DNA of 64,000 nucleotides from Methanobacteriota archaeon (GCA_018650165.1 JABIGM010000035.1:1-64000); one strand, 5' to 3'. Shown: positions 39,569 to 49,935, numbered from the stretch's first letter. Numbers and translations: made by a program. Notes: generated from the letters alone by a model not told the origin.

Positions 39569-40753
39569 ATGAAGCAGGATTTCCCCATTTTTTTACGTAA
39601 GGTAAATGGCAATTCTCTCGTGTATCTGGATAATGCTGCAACTACACAGAAACCAGCATGCGTCATTGATGCAATGTCGCATTTCTATACTTCTTCAAAT
39701 GCAAATGTACACAGGGCCGTTCACACTTTGGCAGGGGAGGCGACCGAAGGCTACGAAGCATGCAGGTCCTTGCTCAAGCAGCGGTACAATTCAACTAGAG
39801 CAATAATCACCAGCGGCACGACTGAAGCAATCAATTTAGTAGCCCGCTCTTGGGGCGAATCTAATTTGAATTCAGGTGATGTGGTAGTTCTAACAGAGAT
39901 GGAACATCACAGTGATATCGTTCCTTGGCAAATGCTCGCTGAAAGAAAAGCGATTGAATTGAGGTACATACCAGTCATTGATGGTGAGTTAGATCTAGAT
40001 GCTTTCGATGTAGCCCTAGAAGGGGCTAAACTCGTTTGCGTAGTCCATACCTCTAATGTATTAGGAATTAGAAATCCAGTTGAAAAAATAATTGCAGCTG
40101 CAAAAAGTGTAGGGGCTAGAATTCTTCTTGATGCCGCCCAAGCAGTACCGCATGAAATGATTGATTTCCAGCAATTAGGTGCGGACTTCATGGCATTTAG
40201 TGCCCACAAAATGTGTGGCCCAACCGGTATAGGCGCGCTTTTGGTTAACGATACTGCATTTGATGAAATGGAACCATTCATGGGAGGGGGGGACATGATC
40301 CAAACAGTAACCCTTGAGGGTTCAACCTACCAAACGAATGAGCATAAATTCGAAGCAGGTACGCCAAGAATCGCAGAAGGTGTTGGCTGGGCTGCAGCAC
40401 TTGATTGGATCTCAAAAGTGGATTTACAACAGCACCACAAGCGGTTACTTTCCATTGCAACTAGTATCAAGAGTTCCCTTCAAGAAAGAGGGATGACAGT
40501 GTATTCCCCCCTTGGTCCAGATGATGCAGCAGTAGTATCTTTCACTCATCCAACAATCCACCCAGAAGATTTTGCTCGCCTCTTAGATGCTCAAGGTATT
40601 GCAGTTAGAACTGGACATCATTGTGCGCAGCCACTGATGGATAAACTTGGAGTTAGTGGCACAATAAGAGCCTCATTATACCTTTACAACGATGATTCAG
40701 ATGCCGAAGTCTTCCTATCTGGAATTGATAGAGTACTGGAGGTGATGGCATGA
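39569..40753 (+). CDS. sufS: Cysteine desulfurase SufS (group II)
   Basis: YLDNAATTQKP, ANVHR, EHHS, DAAQ, FSAHKMCGPTG, RTGHHCAQP. Confidence 0.96.
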   Translation: MKQDFPIFLRKVNGNSLVYLDNAATTQKPACVIDAMSHFYTSSNANVHRAVHTLAGEATEGYEACRSLLKQRYNSTRAIITSGTTEAINLVARSWGESNLNSGDVVVLTEMEHHSDIVPWQMLAERKAIELRYIPVIDGELDLDAFDVALEGAKLVCVVHTSNVLGIRNPVEKIIAAAKSVGARILLDAAQAVPHEMIDFQQLGADFMAFSAHKMCGPTGIGALLVNDTAFDEMEPFMGGGDMIQTVTLEGSTYQTNEHKFEAGTPRIAEGVGWAAALDWISKVDLQQHHKRLLSIATSIKSSLQERGMTVYSPLGPDDAAVVSFTHPTIHPEDFARLLDAQGIAVRTGHHCAQPLMDKLGVSGTIRASLYLYNDDSDAEVFLSGIDRVLEVMA

Positions 40754-41163
40754 CATGGCCTGCAGCAATCCAAGAGATTATCGATGAGTTCCAAGAAATC
40801 GAAGAACAATTCGAGCGTCTTGAGATTTTGATGGATTTTTCTGATGAGGTTGAGGAATTGCCAATTGAACAATGGACTGAGGCTAATTTGGTAAAGGGCT
40901 GCCAATCAATTGCCCACATAGAAGTGGAACTTGTCGATGATGCAGTATGGATGAAAGCTGCTGCTGATGCAAAAATAGTTCAGGGCCTACAAGGTATTCT
41001 TTCTATTGCAGTAAATGGTTCATCTCCTGAAGATGTACTTTCACTCACTCCCGAATTTGCAGAAGAGGCAGGAATCCTCAACAGTCTCACACCTTCGCGT
41101 TCTAACGGATTTAGAACCATGTTTGATATGGTTCAGAAAAGAGTAAAGGAGGGTATCCAATGA
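40750..41163 (+). CDS. sufE: Sulfur acceptor SufE
   Basis: NLVKGCQS, DAKIVQGL, LTPSRSNGF. Confidence 0.9.
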   Translation: MTWPAAIQEIIDEFQEIEEQFERLEILMDFSDEVEELPIEQWTEANLVKGCQSIAHIEVELVDDAVWMKAAADAKIVQGLQGILSIAVNGSSPEDVLSLTPEFAEEAGILNSLTPSRSNGFRTMFDMVQKRVKEGIQ

Positions 41164-41471
41164 GTGATAAGGAACAAGTAATGAATGCGTTAGATGATGT
41201 TGAAGACCCAGAATTGAAATTGTCAATTGTGGAATTAGGTCTTGTTTATGATGTTAGATTTGAAGACAAGGATGGAGTCCAGCACGCAGAAGTCGATATG
41301 ACACTCACAAGCCCAGGTTGTCCTGCTGCGGCTGAAATCATGGCTGCAGCGCATCGAGCAGCGTTAAATGCTGTTGAAAGCGTACACATTAATTTGGTAT
41401 GGGCACCACGTTGGGATCCTAAAATACATGCAACTGAAGATGCCAGAATGGATATGGGAATCTGGGACTAA
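41160..41471 (+). CDS. DUF59/SufT/MIP18-family Fe-S maturation protein
   Basis: EDPELKLSIVELGLVYDV, MTLTSPGCP, VWAPRW. Confidence 0.9.
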   Translation: MSDKEQVMNALDDVEDPELKLSIVELGLVYDVRFEDKDGVQHAEVDMTLTSPGCPAAAEIMAAAHRAALNAVESVHINLVWAPRWDPKIHATEDARMDMGIWD

Positions 41472-44258
41472 TCATAGATATACTTCTTTACGGTGAATAC
41501 TATTCTTTGGACCGAGTCTTCGACTCTTAATATTTTCAACTAATTTCTTTCCATCTTCATTGCGACCATATGATAATACGCTTTTTCCGATATAATAATC
41601 CCAATTCTTTTGGAAAACTTCAGCCCTTTGCTTTGTATTTGCAACAATCGATGGAACAGTGTGGAACATCTGAATACTTTCTTCTGCCTTTCGTAAAAAT
41701 TTGCCAACAACTTCGGGAAGTAGTTTCGACAACCAAGTGTCACGCATGTGCATTGCGGGCCTAGTGATGATGTAACGAGGGTTATCTATCGGCCCGAGAA
41801 CTTCCTCAAGGGCTTTGGTAAATTTTGCAGTTTCCTCTTCAGAGGCATGTTCTAGATGGAATCTCAACCACCCTCCACCACGACTTCCACCTGTGGCTTT
41901 GCAGGACCGTTCGATTTCATTCAAATCACTTAGTGTATCGACTATAACTTTGGATAATTCTAGCATTAGGGATTCATCAGTCCATGGTTTTCGATTAACT
42001 CCAAATTTGAAACCACCACCAAAACCCTCACCCATCTTTGCTTCAACCGCAGAACTAGAAACAGCATTGAATGGCTGTCCAATGCCCCATAGGGTTCTGT
42101 TATGAGGGCGCTTTATCGCACGGCTCAACATTTCTTCATTGAACATCGCCATGCCTTCGTTAACACCTTCAGGTTTAGCATCGTTGAATGCTGCATGGAC
42201 ATGTCCAACTCCCTTTTCGATAGTTCCATCATCACATACTCCATACAATTGCTTGTGCTTACGTTTGAAGCGGTCATAATCATCGAAGCCTTTGGTAAAT
42301 TCTTCTGCTAGACAAATGATATCCCAATTATTTGCAACTTTTTCTTTCCATGTTGAATCCAATCTTATCGAACGTCCACGTAATTGATTGATACTCATAC
42401 TAGTTGTAACGGTTGTTAGGTCAACTAGCACATTGATTCGAGAGGCATCCCATCCTTCTCCAAGCAATCCGCGCGTTCCAATAAGGCATTTAGTAAGACC
42501 TTCTTGGAAGAATTCTGTGATCATTAGTGAATAATATCGAGGTACCCAATCCTTTCCCCTACCATGAATTTCGTGATATCCTTGATGTATTTCGTCTTCA
42601 AAGCGAATGTCAATATCATTTTCGTGAACCCATTCCCGTGCTCGAGAAATGAATCTCTCAAACAAATCATCATCGACAAGGACAGTACTTCCTGTCATCA
42701 AAATTGGGTCTAATAAATCACCCTCAATGTTGGATACCATTGAACGGAATACCGCAATAGCTCCACCCGCTTCATCATCGAGGATACCTTCAACCAGTGA
42801 AGTGGCTGAAGTTTTCTCAAAGTCAGTAACAATAACAACTCTAATTGAATCTCCCAATGCTTTCGATTCAGCATTTACGATTTGGTTTAATGCCGCAATC
42901 TTTGAAGCCGAATAGGCCATTACTCGGCCAACAGGGGAGGCGCATGGCCTTGAACCAGTTTCAGTAATTTGAATTCCAAGTAGTCTTAATCGAGAAACGA
43001 TGGAGTCACTTAACTTGTGGTCGATTGGATTTTCAGAGCGTCTTAAGCCATGTCGGACATAGCGGTCTAGAACTGTACGCAGCATGCTAATACGCGTCCA
43101 TGATTCATCACTCGGGTCCATGGCCATTGGCGGAACTTCGGGTGGAAGTGGTAGGTCATGGGATTGTAAATAGCGTCGTGCATCATCGCCAAAGGATGCA
43201 AATTTTCGATAAAACTCCCTCCACTCCATTGCGTCTCCACCTGGATTCTTTCTTTCATCTAGCGACTGGAATACCCAGGTGTCTAGATCTGATACACGGT
43301 TCAATTCTGCTGCTTCATCCTTTTCCCGCAGTTCTTTCAGCAATTCTTCAAATTCAGAATCTACACCAGCAATGTACTGCAGTTCCTTCGAACTAGGACG
43401 CACAAAATAACACAAATCTTGGTATGGTGCAAGATTGGATTCACGCACCAAGGCGGGTACCGGAACTTCGTAATCGACAGGCCCAAAGAACTCTTCATAC
43501 CTCTTAGCATCATCTTCATCAAAGTCCTCCGGTACAGGAGGTGTGGCAGTTAACCCCAAAACTATAGGGTCGCCAAATAGTTCCTTCACCTCGCTGAGAA
43601 TTCTTCCCCAATGGTGCATAAGGTGATGGCATTCATCCAAAATGATTAGTCCTATTCCAACGTCCTTGAGACGGTCTAGATTTTTCTTCGCACTATCGCT
43701 TAGTATCGACAATGCGTTTCCTTCTTTAGCAACCAAATCTCTGACTTTTTTTCTGTAGGTTCCTAATCTTTCATTGTAGTAGTCGGGGTTACGCTCTTTG
43801 AGATCACGTTGCCAGGATTCTGTAGATTCATAATCATGGGCCTCACCTTCACTAATCAATTTCTCAGACCAAGCCATTAAGGCCTGTTTTTCGATATCTT
43901 CTCCACCTTTTCCTGGCGCTGTTATCGACTGATATGTCAGAGAAGTAAGTAGACCGGGTTTCTTCGGGTTAGTACTGATGAAGTCATCCTTTCCATCTAG
44001 GTCGAATAGAGAGGTTCTTGCAGCCCATTGTGCCTGAATTGCAGAGTTTGGAGACAATACTAATGCGGGCTTTTTGACTAAATCAGCCCACACATAAAGC
44101 CCCAGAATTGTCTTTCCTGAACCGGGTGGAGCAACAACATGCAACCTTGTTGCACCAGCCTCTAACTGTGGAATAATTACATCACTTGCTGCTTTTTGCG
44201 AAGGACGCAAAGTACCATCAAAGTGAATGTTGCCAAAATCAGGAAGTGGTTCTGGCAT
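41472..44258 (-). CDS. SF2 DEAD/DEAH-box helicase (ResIII-like)
   Basis: APPGSGKT, LDECHH, GLTATP, LLGEGWDA, QLRGRSIR. Confidence 0.9.
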   Translation of the reverse strand: MPEPLPDFGNIHFDGTLRPSQKAASDVIIPQLEAGATRLHVVAPPGSGKTILGLYVWADLVKKPALVLSPNSAIQAQWAARTSLFDLDGKDDFISTNPKKPGLLTSLTYQSITAPGKGGEDIEKQALMAWSEKLISEGEAHDYESTESWQRDLKERNPDYYNERLGTYRKKVRDLVAKEGNALSILSDSAKKNLDRLKDVGIGLIILDECHHLMHHWGRILSEVKELFGDPIVLGLTATPPVPEDFDEDDAKRYEEFFGPVDYEVPVPALVRESNLAPYQDLCYFVRPSSKELQYIAGVDSEFEELLKELREKDEAAELNRVSDLDTWVFQSLDERKNPGGDAMEWREFYRKFASFGDDARRYLQSHDLPLPPEVPPMAMDPSDESWTRISMLRTVLDRYVRHGLRRSENPIDHKLSDSIVSRLRLLGIQITETGSRPCASPVGRVMAYSASKIAALNQIVNAESKALGDSIRVVIVTDFEKTSATSLVEGILDDEAGGAIAVFRSMVSNIEGDLLDPILMTGSTVLVDDDLFERFISRAREWVHENDIDIRFEDEIHQGYHEIHGRGKDWVPRYYSLMITEFFQEGLTKCLIGTRGLLGEGWDASRINVLVDLTTVTTSMSINQLRGRSIRLDSTWKEKVANNWDIICLAEEFTKGFDDYDRFKRKHKQLYGVCDDGTIEKGVGHVHAAFNDAKPEGVNEGMAMFNEEMLSRAIKRPHNRTLWGIGQPFNAVSSSAVEAKMGEGFGGGFKFGVNRKPWTDESLMLELSKVIVDTLSDLNEIERSCKATGGSRGGGWLRFHLEHASEEETAKFTKALEEVLGPIDNPRYIITRPAMHMRDTWLSKLLPEVVGKFLRKAEESIQMFHTVPSIVANTKQRAEVFQKNWDYYIGKSVLSYGRNEDGKKLVENIKSRRLGPKNSIHRKEVYL

Positions 44259-44297
44259 ATTTACGCCTTCTCAAATCCTGTATAATATGGTACACCC

Positions 44298-45191
44298 TTA
44301 ATCAGAGTCACTCTTGCCCATTCGATAGGCATCGATTACAGCTCTTGCAATTGCTTCAGGGTCATTGTTGATTTGTTTGTCAATTTTGACTCCACCCATT
44401 ATTGAATCTCCGACCATTACAGAGTCGGTTAGAGATAGACTCTTTCCATCATTTTCCTCGTCTGATTCAGAACTTTCACTGATCATATCATCAAAGTGTG
44501 ATTTAGATTCCTTGATTTGAGTTATTTCAGAATTCTTCTCTTGAACTTCAATTTCGAGCGTAACAACCTTCTCCTTGGTTTCATGCAATTCGGATTTCAA
44601 ATCCTCTGCCGCTTGTACCGCTTGCTTTAGTTGTAAATCCATTGCTTGAAGAACTGCCGCAAAAGTAGCAGGTTCGTTACTTTCAGTGACCGATTTGGGA
44701 GGTATTGGAGTAGCAGGAGGTGCTACAGAATTCCAACCATCTTCCTCTTCTGGCAATTCTCCAAGGAGCAATTTCCTTCTCGCATCTCTCATTCGTTGGA
44801 TAAGCAAATTCTCATTGAATAAAGCTACGGCTGCAAAACATAAAAAGGCGATCAAGATACCTAAATAGGCTACTGCTACATCTAACCTAGTGATTTCAAA
44901 CATCTCGCTGATACTTTCAAGTCCGATATATGTATCTCTCGATCCGCCATTGTTTATTACAGCAGAAATAATTCCAGTGAACATGATTAATGCATCAAAT
45001 AATACATACGAAGAAATGATGACTAAAGATAAACTGTAAATTATTTGTTTATATTGTTCCATTACACCTAGTTCGCGTTGAGACATAATTGAAAAATATT
45101 CTTTCCGTTTTCCTGAAATATACCATAATGCAACAATTGCAGCAAGAAGTATCAAGAAACCAGACCATATGAACATTTCATTATCTCGCAT
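44298..45191 (-). CDS. Membrane protein with coiled coil and short conserved-looking C-terminal motif
   Basis: Three TM helices, heptad region LKQAVQAAEDLKSELHETKEK..., tail DSVMVGDSIMGG...DPEAIARAVIDAYRMG; AT-rich 5' half. Confidence 0.75.
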   Translation of the reverse strand: MRDNEMFIWSGFLILLAAIVALWYISGKRKEYFSIMSQRELGVMEQYKQIIYSLSLVIISSYVLFDALIMFTGIISAVINNGGSRDTYIGLESISEMFEITRLDVAVAYLGILIAFLCFAAVALFNENLLIQRMRDARRKLLLGELPEEEDGWNSVAPPATPIPPKSVTESNEPATFAAVLQAMDLQLKQAVQAAEDLKSELHETKEKVVTLEIEVQEKNSEITQIKESKSHFDDMISESSESDEENDGKSLSLTDSVMVGDSIMGGVKIDKQINNDPEAIARAVIDAYRMGKSDSD

Positions 45192-45288
45192 AGCAACTTC
45201 ATATCGTGATACGATTTAGTTATACTGATTATAATTCAAGCATAGTTATGAGATAGAATGATAATCAGGAACCTATCTCCATCAGCCG

Positions 45289-45405
45289 ATGAAGCGTTGT
45301 GGTAAGTGTGGGCGAACTTCCACCGCTGAATGCAAACGATGTAGCAAGCCACTGTGTAACTACCATTCAAAGAGCGGTGTTTGTAATAAATGTTTGAAGC
45401 GTTAA
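45289..45405 (+). CDS. 38-aa Cys/His-rich zinc-finger microprotein (missing from the ORF track)
   Basis: Manual translation MKRCGKCGRTSTAECKRCSKPLCNYHSKSGVCNKCLKR*; fills the gap between two minus-strand genes. Confidence 0.8.
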   Translation: MKRCGKCGRTSTAECKRCSKPLCNYHSKSGVCNKCLKR

Positions 45406-45406
45406 C

Positions 45407-46522
45407 CTATCTCTTCACAATGATTGTTAGAACATCTCCATCCTTGAGTAAGTGGTCGAGGCCTACGCGTTGCCAATCAAATTTAGCAGAGGGGCCTTTA
45501 ACACGTGCAAATCTAAATTTTCTAACGAAATCTCGATGCAGATTATTACACACATTACGTACGGTTGAATCATCTTTTACGATAAGCGGTTCTACCATAT
45601 CTGCTTCCTGACCTTGAGGCTTTAGGTAGACACTCATGAAACCTAAATTCTCATAGATGAAATCTTTCAATGCATCAAGGCCAATGTCCTTGAATGCTGA
45701 AATTCTCATAATAGGCCAATCTTGCGGCAATGCTTTTTCTGCAGAACTGATCTCTTCTTCTGAAGCAATATCAATTTTATTTACAGCAACAACAGATTTG
45801 GAGTATACACGACTTCCTGCTAAGGTGTCAACTAACATTTCTGGCGTTGTATCTTTTCGCAAAGTTACAATTGCTGACGTATAACCAAATGAACGAATAA
45901 TTTCGCCCATCTCTTCTGGTGTAAGGTGAGTCTGTTCAACAGTAGTACGAACATCGATACCACCTTTATCGACCCGCTTTACAAATACAGGTGGTTTAAC
46001 CTGGTTGAGCCTTATGCCAGCATTTTCCAATTCTCGGTGTAGAACTTTGAAGTGAGCATCTTGGAATGGGTCAACGATATACAACACCATATCGCATGAG
46101 CGAATAACTCCCAAGATTTCTTTTCCTCGCCCTTTGCCTTCCGCTGCACCCTTGATTAGTCCAGGAAGATCTAAAATCTGTATTTTTGCACCTCGATGCT
46201 CCATTAGCCCCGGGATACAAGTGAGGGTCGTAAATTCAAAATTGCCTGCAATTGATTTTGCATCAGTGATTTGTGAAATTAATGTAGATTTACCAACAGA
46301 GGGAAATCCCACCAGAGCAACAGACGCATCACCTGATTTCTTAACTTCAAAACCCTTCGCAGGTCCAGCTGCTTTTGCCGACGCAGCAGCCTTTTCTTCT
46401 TTCTGCTTTAGTTGTGCGATTTTGGCCTTAAGTTTTCCAATATGTGCGTTTGTAGCCTTATTCTTTTGAGTCTTATTAATCTCATCATAGAGGGCCTGAA
46501 TTTGCTCTTTTATGGTAGCCAA
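45407..46522 (-). CDS. DRG/Rbg1-family (OBG-like) GTPase with TGS domain
   Basis: HIGKLKAKIAQL, GFPSVGKST, FTTLTCIPG, DLPG, NKID, LKDGDVLTI; TTG start. Confidence 0.96.
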   Translation of the reverse strand: MATIKEQIQALYDEINKTQKNKATNAHIGKLKAKIAQLKQKEEKAAASAKAAGPAKGFEVKKSGDASVALVGFPSVGKSTLISQITDAKSIAGNFEFTTLTCIPGLMEHRGAKIQILDLPGLIKGAAEGKGRGKEILGVIRSCDMVLYIVDPFQDAHFKVLHRELENAGIRLNQVKPPVFVKRVDKGGIDVRTTVEQTHLTPEEMGEIIRSFGYTSAIVTLRKDTTPEMLVDTLAGSRVYSKSVVAVNKIDIASEEEISSAEKALPQDWPIMRISAFKDIGLDALKDFIYENLGFMSVYLKPQGQEADMVEPLIVKDDSTVRNVCNNLHRDFVRKFRFARVKGPSAKFDWQRVGLDHLLKDGDVLTIIVKR

Positions 46523-46577
46523 TCACACCCCTCCTATTCACATCGGGCCGATGGGCATTCTTGAATGCTATCACCCA

Positions 46578-46934
46578 ATGGGGTTGAACATGAAGAATGT
46601 GGCACTTGCAGTTCTGTTCTTCAGATTGCGAGATATGTTGGCAAAATATGAGCCATTTATGCGGGTTGTGAAAGACGAAGAAGGCTATTACCGCTTGTAC
46701 ACACCAACACGTCGCCCTTTCATTGGAATCTGTGTTCAGCGCAAGCATATTGGAATTTATGTGATGCCAATATTCGAGGATTCTACCCTGATTGGAAAAC
46801 TGGCGGAGAAACAAATTGGGAAAGGAACATTTGGGTTTAGTCGTGATGATGACCCGCTACTTCTCGAGGTTCCAGCGTTCATGGAGAGATGTTTTCAACA
46901 CTGTATTGATAGTAATCAAGTCCCGATGGAATGA
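46578..46934 (+). CDS. DUF1801/YdhG-like small protein
   Basis: FIGICVQRKHIGIYVMP...KQIGKGTFGF resembles DUF1801; start 46578 or 46590. Confidence 0.5.
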   Translation: MGLNMKNVALAVLFFRLRDMLAKYEPFMRVVKDEEGYYRLYTPTRRPFIGICVQRKHIGIYVMPIFEDSTLIGKLAEKQIGKGTFGFSRDDDPLLLEVPAFMERCFQHCIDSNQVPME

Positions 46935-46960
46935 TGTGCATTAGCCCCTAGGGTTGGTAC

Positions 46961-47620
46961 ATGGGAATTGACATGCGGCTCTATCTTACCGATAGGGCGG
47001 TGTTGTCCAGCATCCTTGAAATGGATTGGAATAATTTAATTTTCAAAATGAATGATCAATCTATGCGCCCATTACGTCCGCAAAAAGATTCCAAAATGAA
47101 TCGTGAATTCGACATAGATTGCGAAGCCGAATTTTTAGATTTGTCAGAGCAGTTCGAGGGCGAAGGTACAGTGAGAGATGTATTGTCCGCTAATTCAGGA
47201 TATGAGACTTTGTTAAAATTAGTTGAATGGGCCAGTGTCGGATATTGGGAGGCCTGGGAAGGACGGTGTTTTCTTTACTTAGAAAATGGTCTTGACAGAC
47301 AGATCCCAAATGTTGAAGACATGTATTCGTCGCTTTTGTGGGATGATTTAAGGTCAGCCCTTGCGGTAGTTGGTGAGACGGAGTTTTCAGAAAAGGTTTG
47401 TGCGGATTGGATGCAGCGGAGGAAAGATTTGGGTGAAACCTTAGATGAAAAGATAGACCCACGAATCATTCCAACATTCGAGGCACATGACAAAAATGCA
47501 CGCTTACTCCATTATGCAATTAACCAAACTCAGTATGCACAAATTTTGGGGCGTGACCACCTTGAAGCAAGACAATGGGGGCACGGAGATTGGAATCTCG
47601 GGAGCCTTCTTGATTCGTGA
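46961..47620 (+). CDS. Hypothetical soluble protein
   Basis: 219-aa ORF in the local + strand run; no family recognised. Confidence 0.75.
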   Translation: MGIDMRLYLTDRAVLSSILEMDWNNLIFKMNDQSMRPLRPQKDSKMNREFDIDCEAEFLDLSEQFEGEGTVRDVLSANSGYETLLKLVEWASVGYWEAWEGRCFLYLENGLDRQIPNVEDMYSSLLWDDLRSALAVVGETEFSEKVCADWMQRRKDLGETLDEKIDPRIIPTFEAHDKNARLLHYAINQTQYAQILGRDHLEARQWGHGDWNLGSLLDS

Positions 47621-47645
47621 GATTGAAAAATAAGGGCAGGGTGGC

Positions 47646-48158
47646 ATGTGCATGGACGAAGACAGTGATGTAGTTGAGGAAGCACTTGCCGAAGAGCCTG
47701 TGGCTGAGCCAGAGATCGAAGAAGTCGACCCCTTGGTAGAGGCTTTATCTCGTGCAGAATCTGCGGAAAAAGAAATTTCATATCGCGATGCAGAAATCCA
47801 AAATGTACGAAAGAGACTCATGGCTGAAAAGGCAATAGCAATCCAATTTGGCGGGATGGGTATGGCGCGAAAGATGCTCACCGTCCTAGGCGACATCGAC
47901 CGCGCCCTTTCGGTAAAAGAAGATGAAGGTCTCGCCTTAATTCGCTCAAAAATGTGGTCTGAATTATCTGGTGATGGTGTTTCAAAAATCATGACGGCAG
48001 GTGAGAAATTTGACCCAACAAAAATGGAAGCAATTACAACTCTACCTCCCTCGGAAGAGTACCCCTCAAATTCGATAATTGATGAACTAGAAACCGGTTA
48101 TCTCTACAAGGATAGGGTCCTAGTTCCTGCACGTGTAGTAGTGGCTTCTGACCAGTGA
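47646..48158 (+). CDS. grpE: Nucleotide exchange factor GrpE
   Basis: AEIQNVRKR, LTVLGDIDRAL, GEKFDPTKMEAI, GYLYKDRVLVPARVVV. Confidence 0.92.
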   Translation: MCMDEDSDVVEEALAEEPVAEPEIEEVDPLVEALSRAESAEKEISYRDAEIQNVRKRLMAEKAIAIQFGGMGMARKMLTVLGDIDRALSVKEDEGLALIRSKMWSELSGDGVSKIMTAGEKFDPTKMEAITTLPPSEEYPSNSIIDELETGYLYKDRVLVPARVVVASDQ

Positions 48159-48162
48159 ATGG

Positions 48163-49230
48163 TTATCTAATCGAGTTTAGATTGACTACTCCAACCTCTA
48201 ATCTTTCATGGGTTGGATGTACTTCTACCATCATGACTGGAACAGAAAGGTGCTGAGCGATTTCTTCGGCAGCAGAAAGTGGGATTTCGATTCGGTGCGA
48301 TGGTGCATCATACCTAATCCACCCATCATGAAGACCAAGTGTATCTGCAAGTTCTCTAACATCATCTGTTGCATCTTCCAAGGAGCAAGGGATTGCTCCA
48401 AAGATAATTGTGTCATCATCTGAGAACATTTCATATGGGCGTAGTGTAGCTTCCCCTCTTCGCTTAAATCGGTTCCTCAATTGGCCAGAATCTTTGTAGG
48501 ATGAAGTGCAGAACTTCACATGGAAATCCATCCCTTCTGATGCTTCTTTAAGTTCGATAGCAAGGGCTGCTGAACCCTCCGCAGCAGCAGTAATGCCCCC
48601 TGCCAGATTGAATCCACGTACATCCATATTCTGTTGATTACCAATGGTGATTTCTAATTCATTTAGATTCAGGAACTCTACTGGGGAATCATTCAATTGC
48701 AACAACAATGCATGGAGTTTCTCACTTTTATCAGGTTCAGCTGGCAACTCAATACCAACACAAATCCCTGCAGCAGCAGCAGCGTTTACAGAATCTCTGT
48801 ATCGGTCCAGGGTTAAATCCAGCAAATGGAATCTTAGTTCGTCAAGACCTGCCTCGCCGAGTTCCTTAGCTTGCTCTGGCTTGATAGGAATCGATGTATA
48901 GCAATGTATGTGGTGTTCTGTGCCAAACGCTGCTTTCAGAGTTTTCACTGCATCTACTGTCTTGTCAAAATCCAGCATAGGGTCTCCTCCTGTGATTCCA
49001 GTGCCGGTGGCACGCATCGCCTTCCCCTCTTCAATAACTTCTGCAAAATTTGAGCATCGGCGTTCATTAGCAAACATATCGGGGGACTCTCTTCGGTTGT
49101 CAGAAAGTGGGCAATAATCACATCCCCAATGGCATTTACCGGTGACAAATAGAACCAACTTACTTCCTTGTTGACACTGGATGCAGCCTTCGGTTTCACC
49201 CGCTTCGGGTGGAACGATTTCGCTAGCCAT
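48163..49230 (-). CDS. Uncharacterised archaeal radical SAM protein
   Basis: CIQCQQG, CHWGCDYCPLS (CX3CX2C), ITGGDP, LDELRFH, LNELE. Confidence 0.88.
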   Translation of the reverse strand: MASEIVPPEAGETEGCIQCQQGSKLVLFVTGKCHWGCDYCPLSDNRRESPDMFANERRCSNFAEVIEEGKAMRATGTGITGGDPMLDFDKTVDAVKTLKAAFGTEHHIHCYTSIPIKPEQAKELGEAGLDELRFHLLDLTLDRYRDSVNAAAAAGICVGIELPAEPDKSEKLHALLLQLNDSPVEFLNLNELEITIGNQQNMDVRGFNLAGGITAAAEGSAALAIELKEASEGMDFHVKFCTSSYKDSGQLRNRFKRRGEATLRPYEMFSDDDTIIFGAIPCSLEDATDDVRELADTLGLHDGWIRYDAPSHRIEIPLSAAEEIAQHLSVPVMMVEVHPTHERLEVGVVNLNSIR

Positions 49231-49295
49231 CTGCAAGTGCACGATTAATCGGTTTGGCATCTATGGTTTGAACTCACTGGTAGTGCGAAGCCAAT

Positions 49296-49856
49296 TTAGA
49301 GCATTGCTTCATTTAGTAACCATCTGTGAAAGCACAAGTTGTCTGTAAGTTCTGGATGAAAAGTTAGTGCCATACACTTGCCTTCGAGGATACCAACCAC
49401 CTCATCATCTAACCAAGCAATGGCATGGGGGCTACCCTTTGAAAATCGAGGCGCACGAATGAATACGCCGGGGAATATTTTCTCTTCATCGATATCGATT
49501 TGAATTTGGGACTGAAAACTTTCTCGCTGCCGGCCAAACCCATTTCGTTCAATTGGTGCAGTTACCAATCCTTGCTGTGAGAGTAAGATTGCGCCTGCAC
49601 AAGTTCCCAATACAGGAATCTCTGAATCTTCGATTTCTTTCCAAAGGCCGGAATATAGATCTTCAGAACGGCTTGCGATTTTCATTGCGGTCGACTCTCC
49701 TCCCGGGAGAATTAGTCCATCAAGACCGGTAGTGTCAGTTGATTTTCTCAATTCGCGAATTTCAATTTCAACTTCTAGAAGTGCTGCTGCCCGCTGAAGC
49801 GCATGTATGTGCTCACGCCGAGCACCTTGTAACATGGCTAAGCCAATAGTCAGCAT
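49296..49856 (-). CDS. pdxT: PLP synthase glutaminase subunit PdxT
   Basis: LAMLQGARREH, LPGGEST, GTCAG, RNGFGRQRESF, FIRAP, FHPEL. Confidence 0.95.
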   Translation of the reverse strand: MLTIGLAMLQGARREHIHALQRAAALLEVEIEIRELRKSTDTTGLDGLILPGGESTAMKIASRSEDLYSGLWKEIEDSEIPVLGTCAGAILLSQQGLVTAPIERNGFGRQRESFQSQIQIDIDEEKIFPGVFIRAPRFSKGSPHAIAWLDDEVVGILEGKCMALTFHPELTDNLCFHRWLLNEAML

Positions 49857-49935
49857 GTTGGATGCTGTGGGTCCTCTCTTTTTCAGGGCCACGGTTAGAG
49901 GTCAATTATTGAACCGAGCGCGCATCGGCTCGTTT

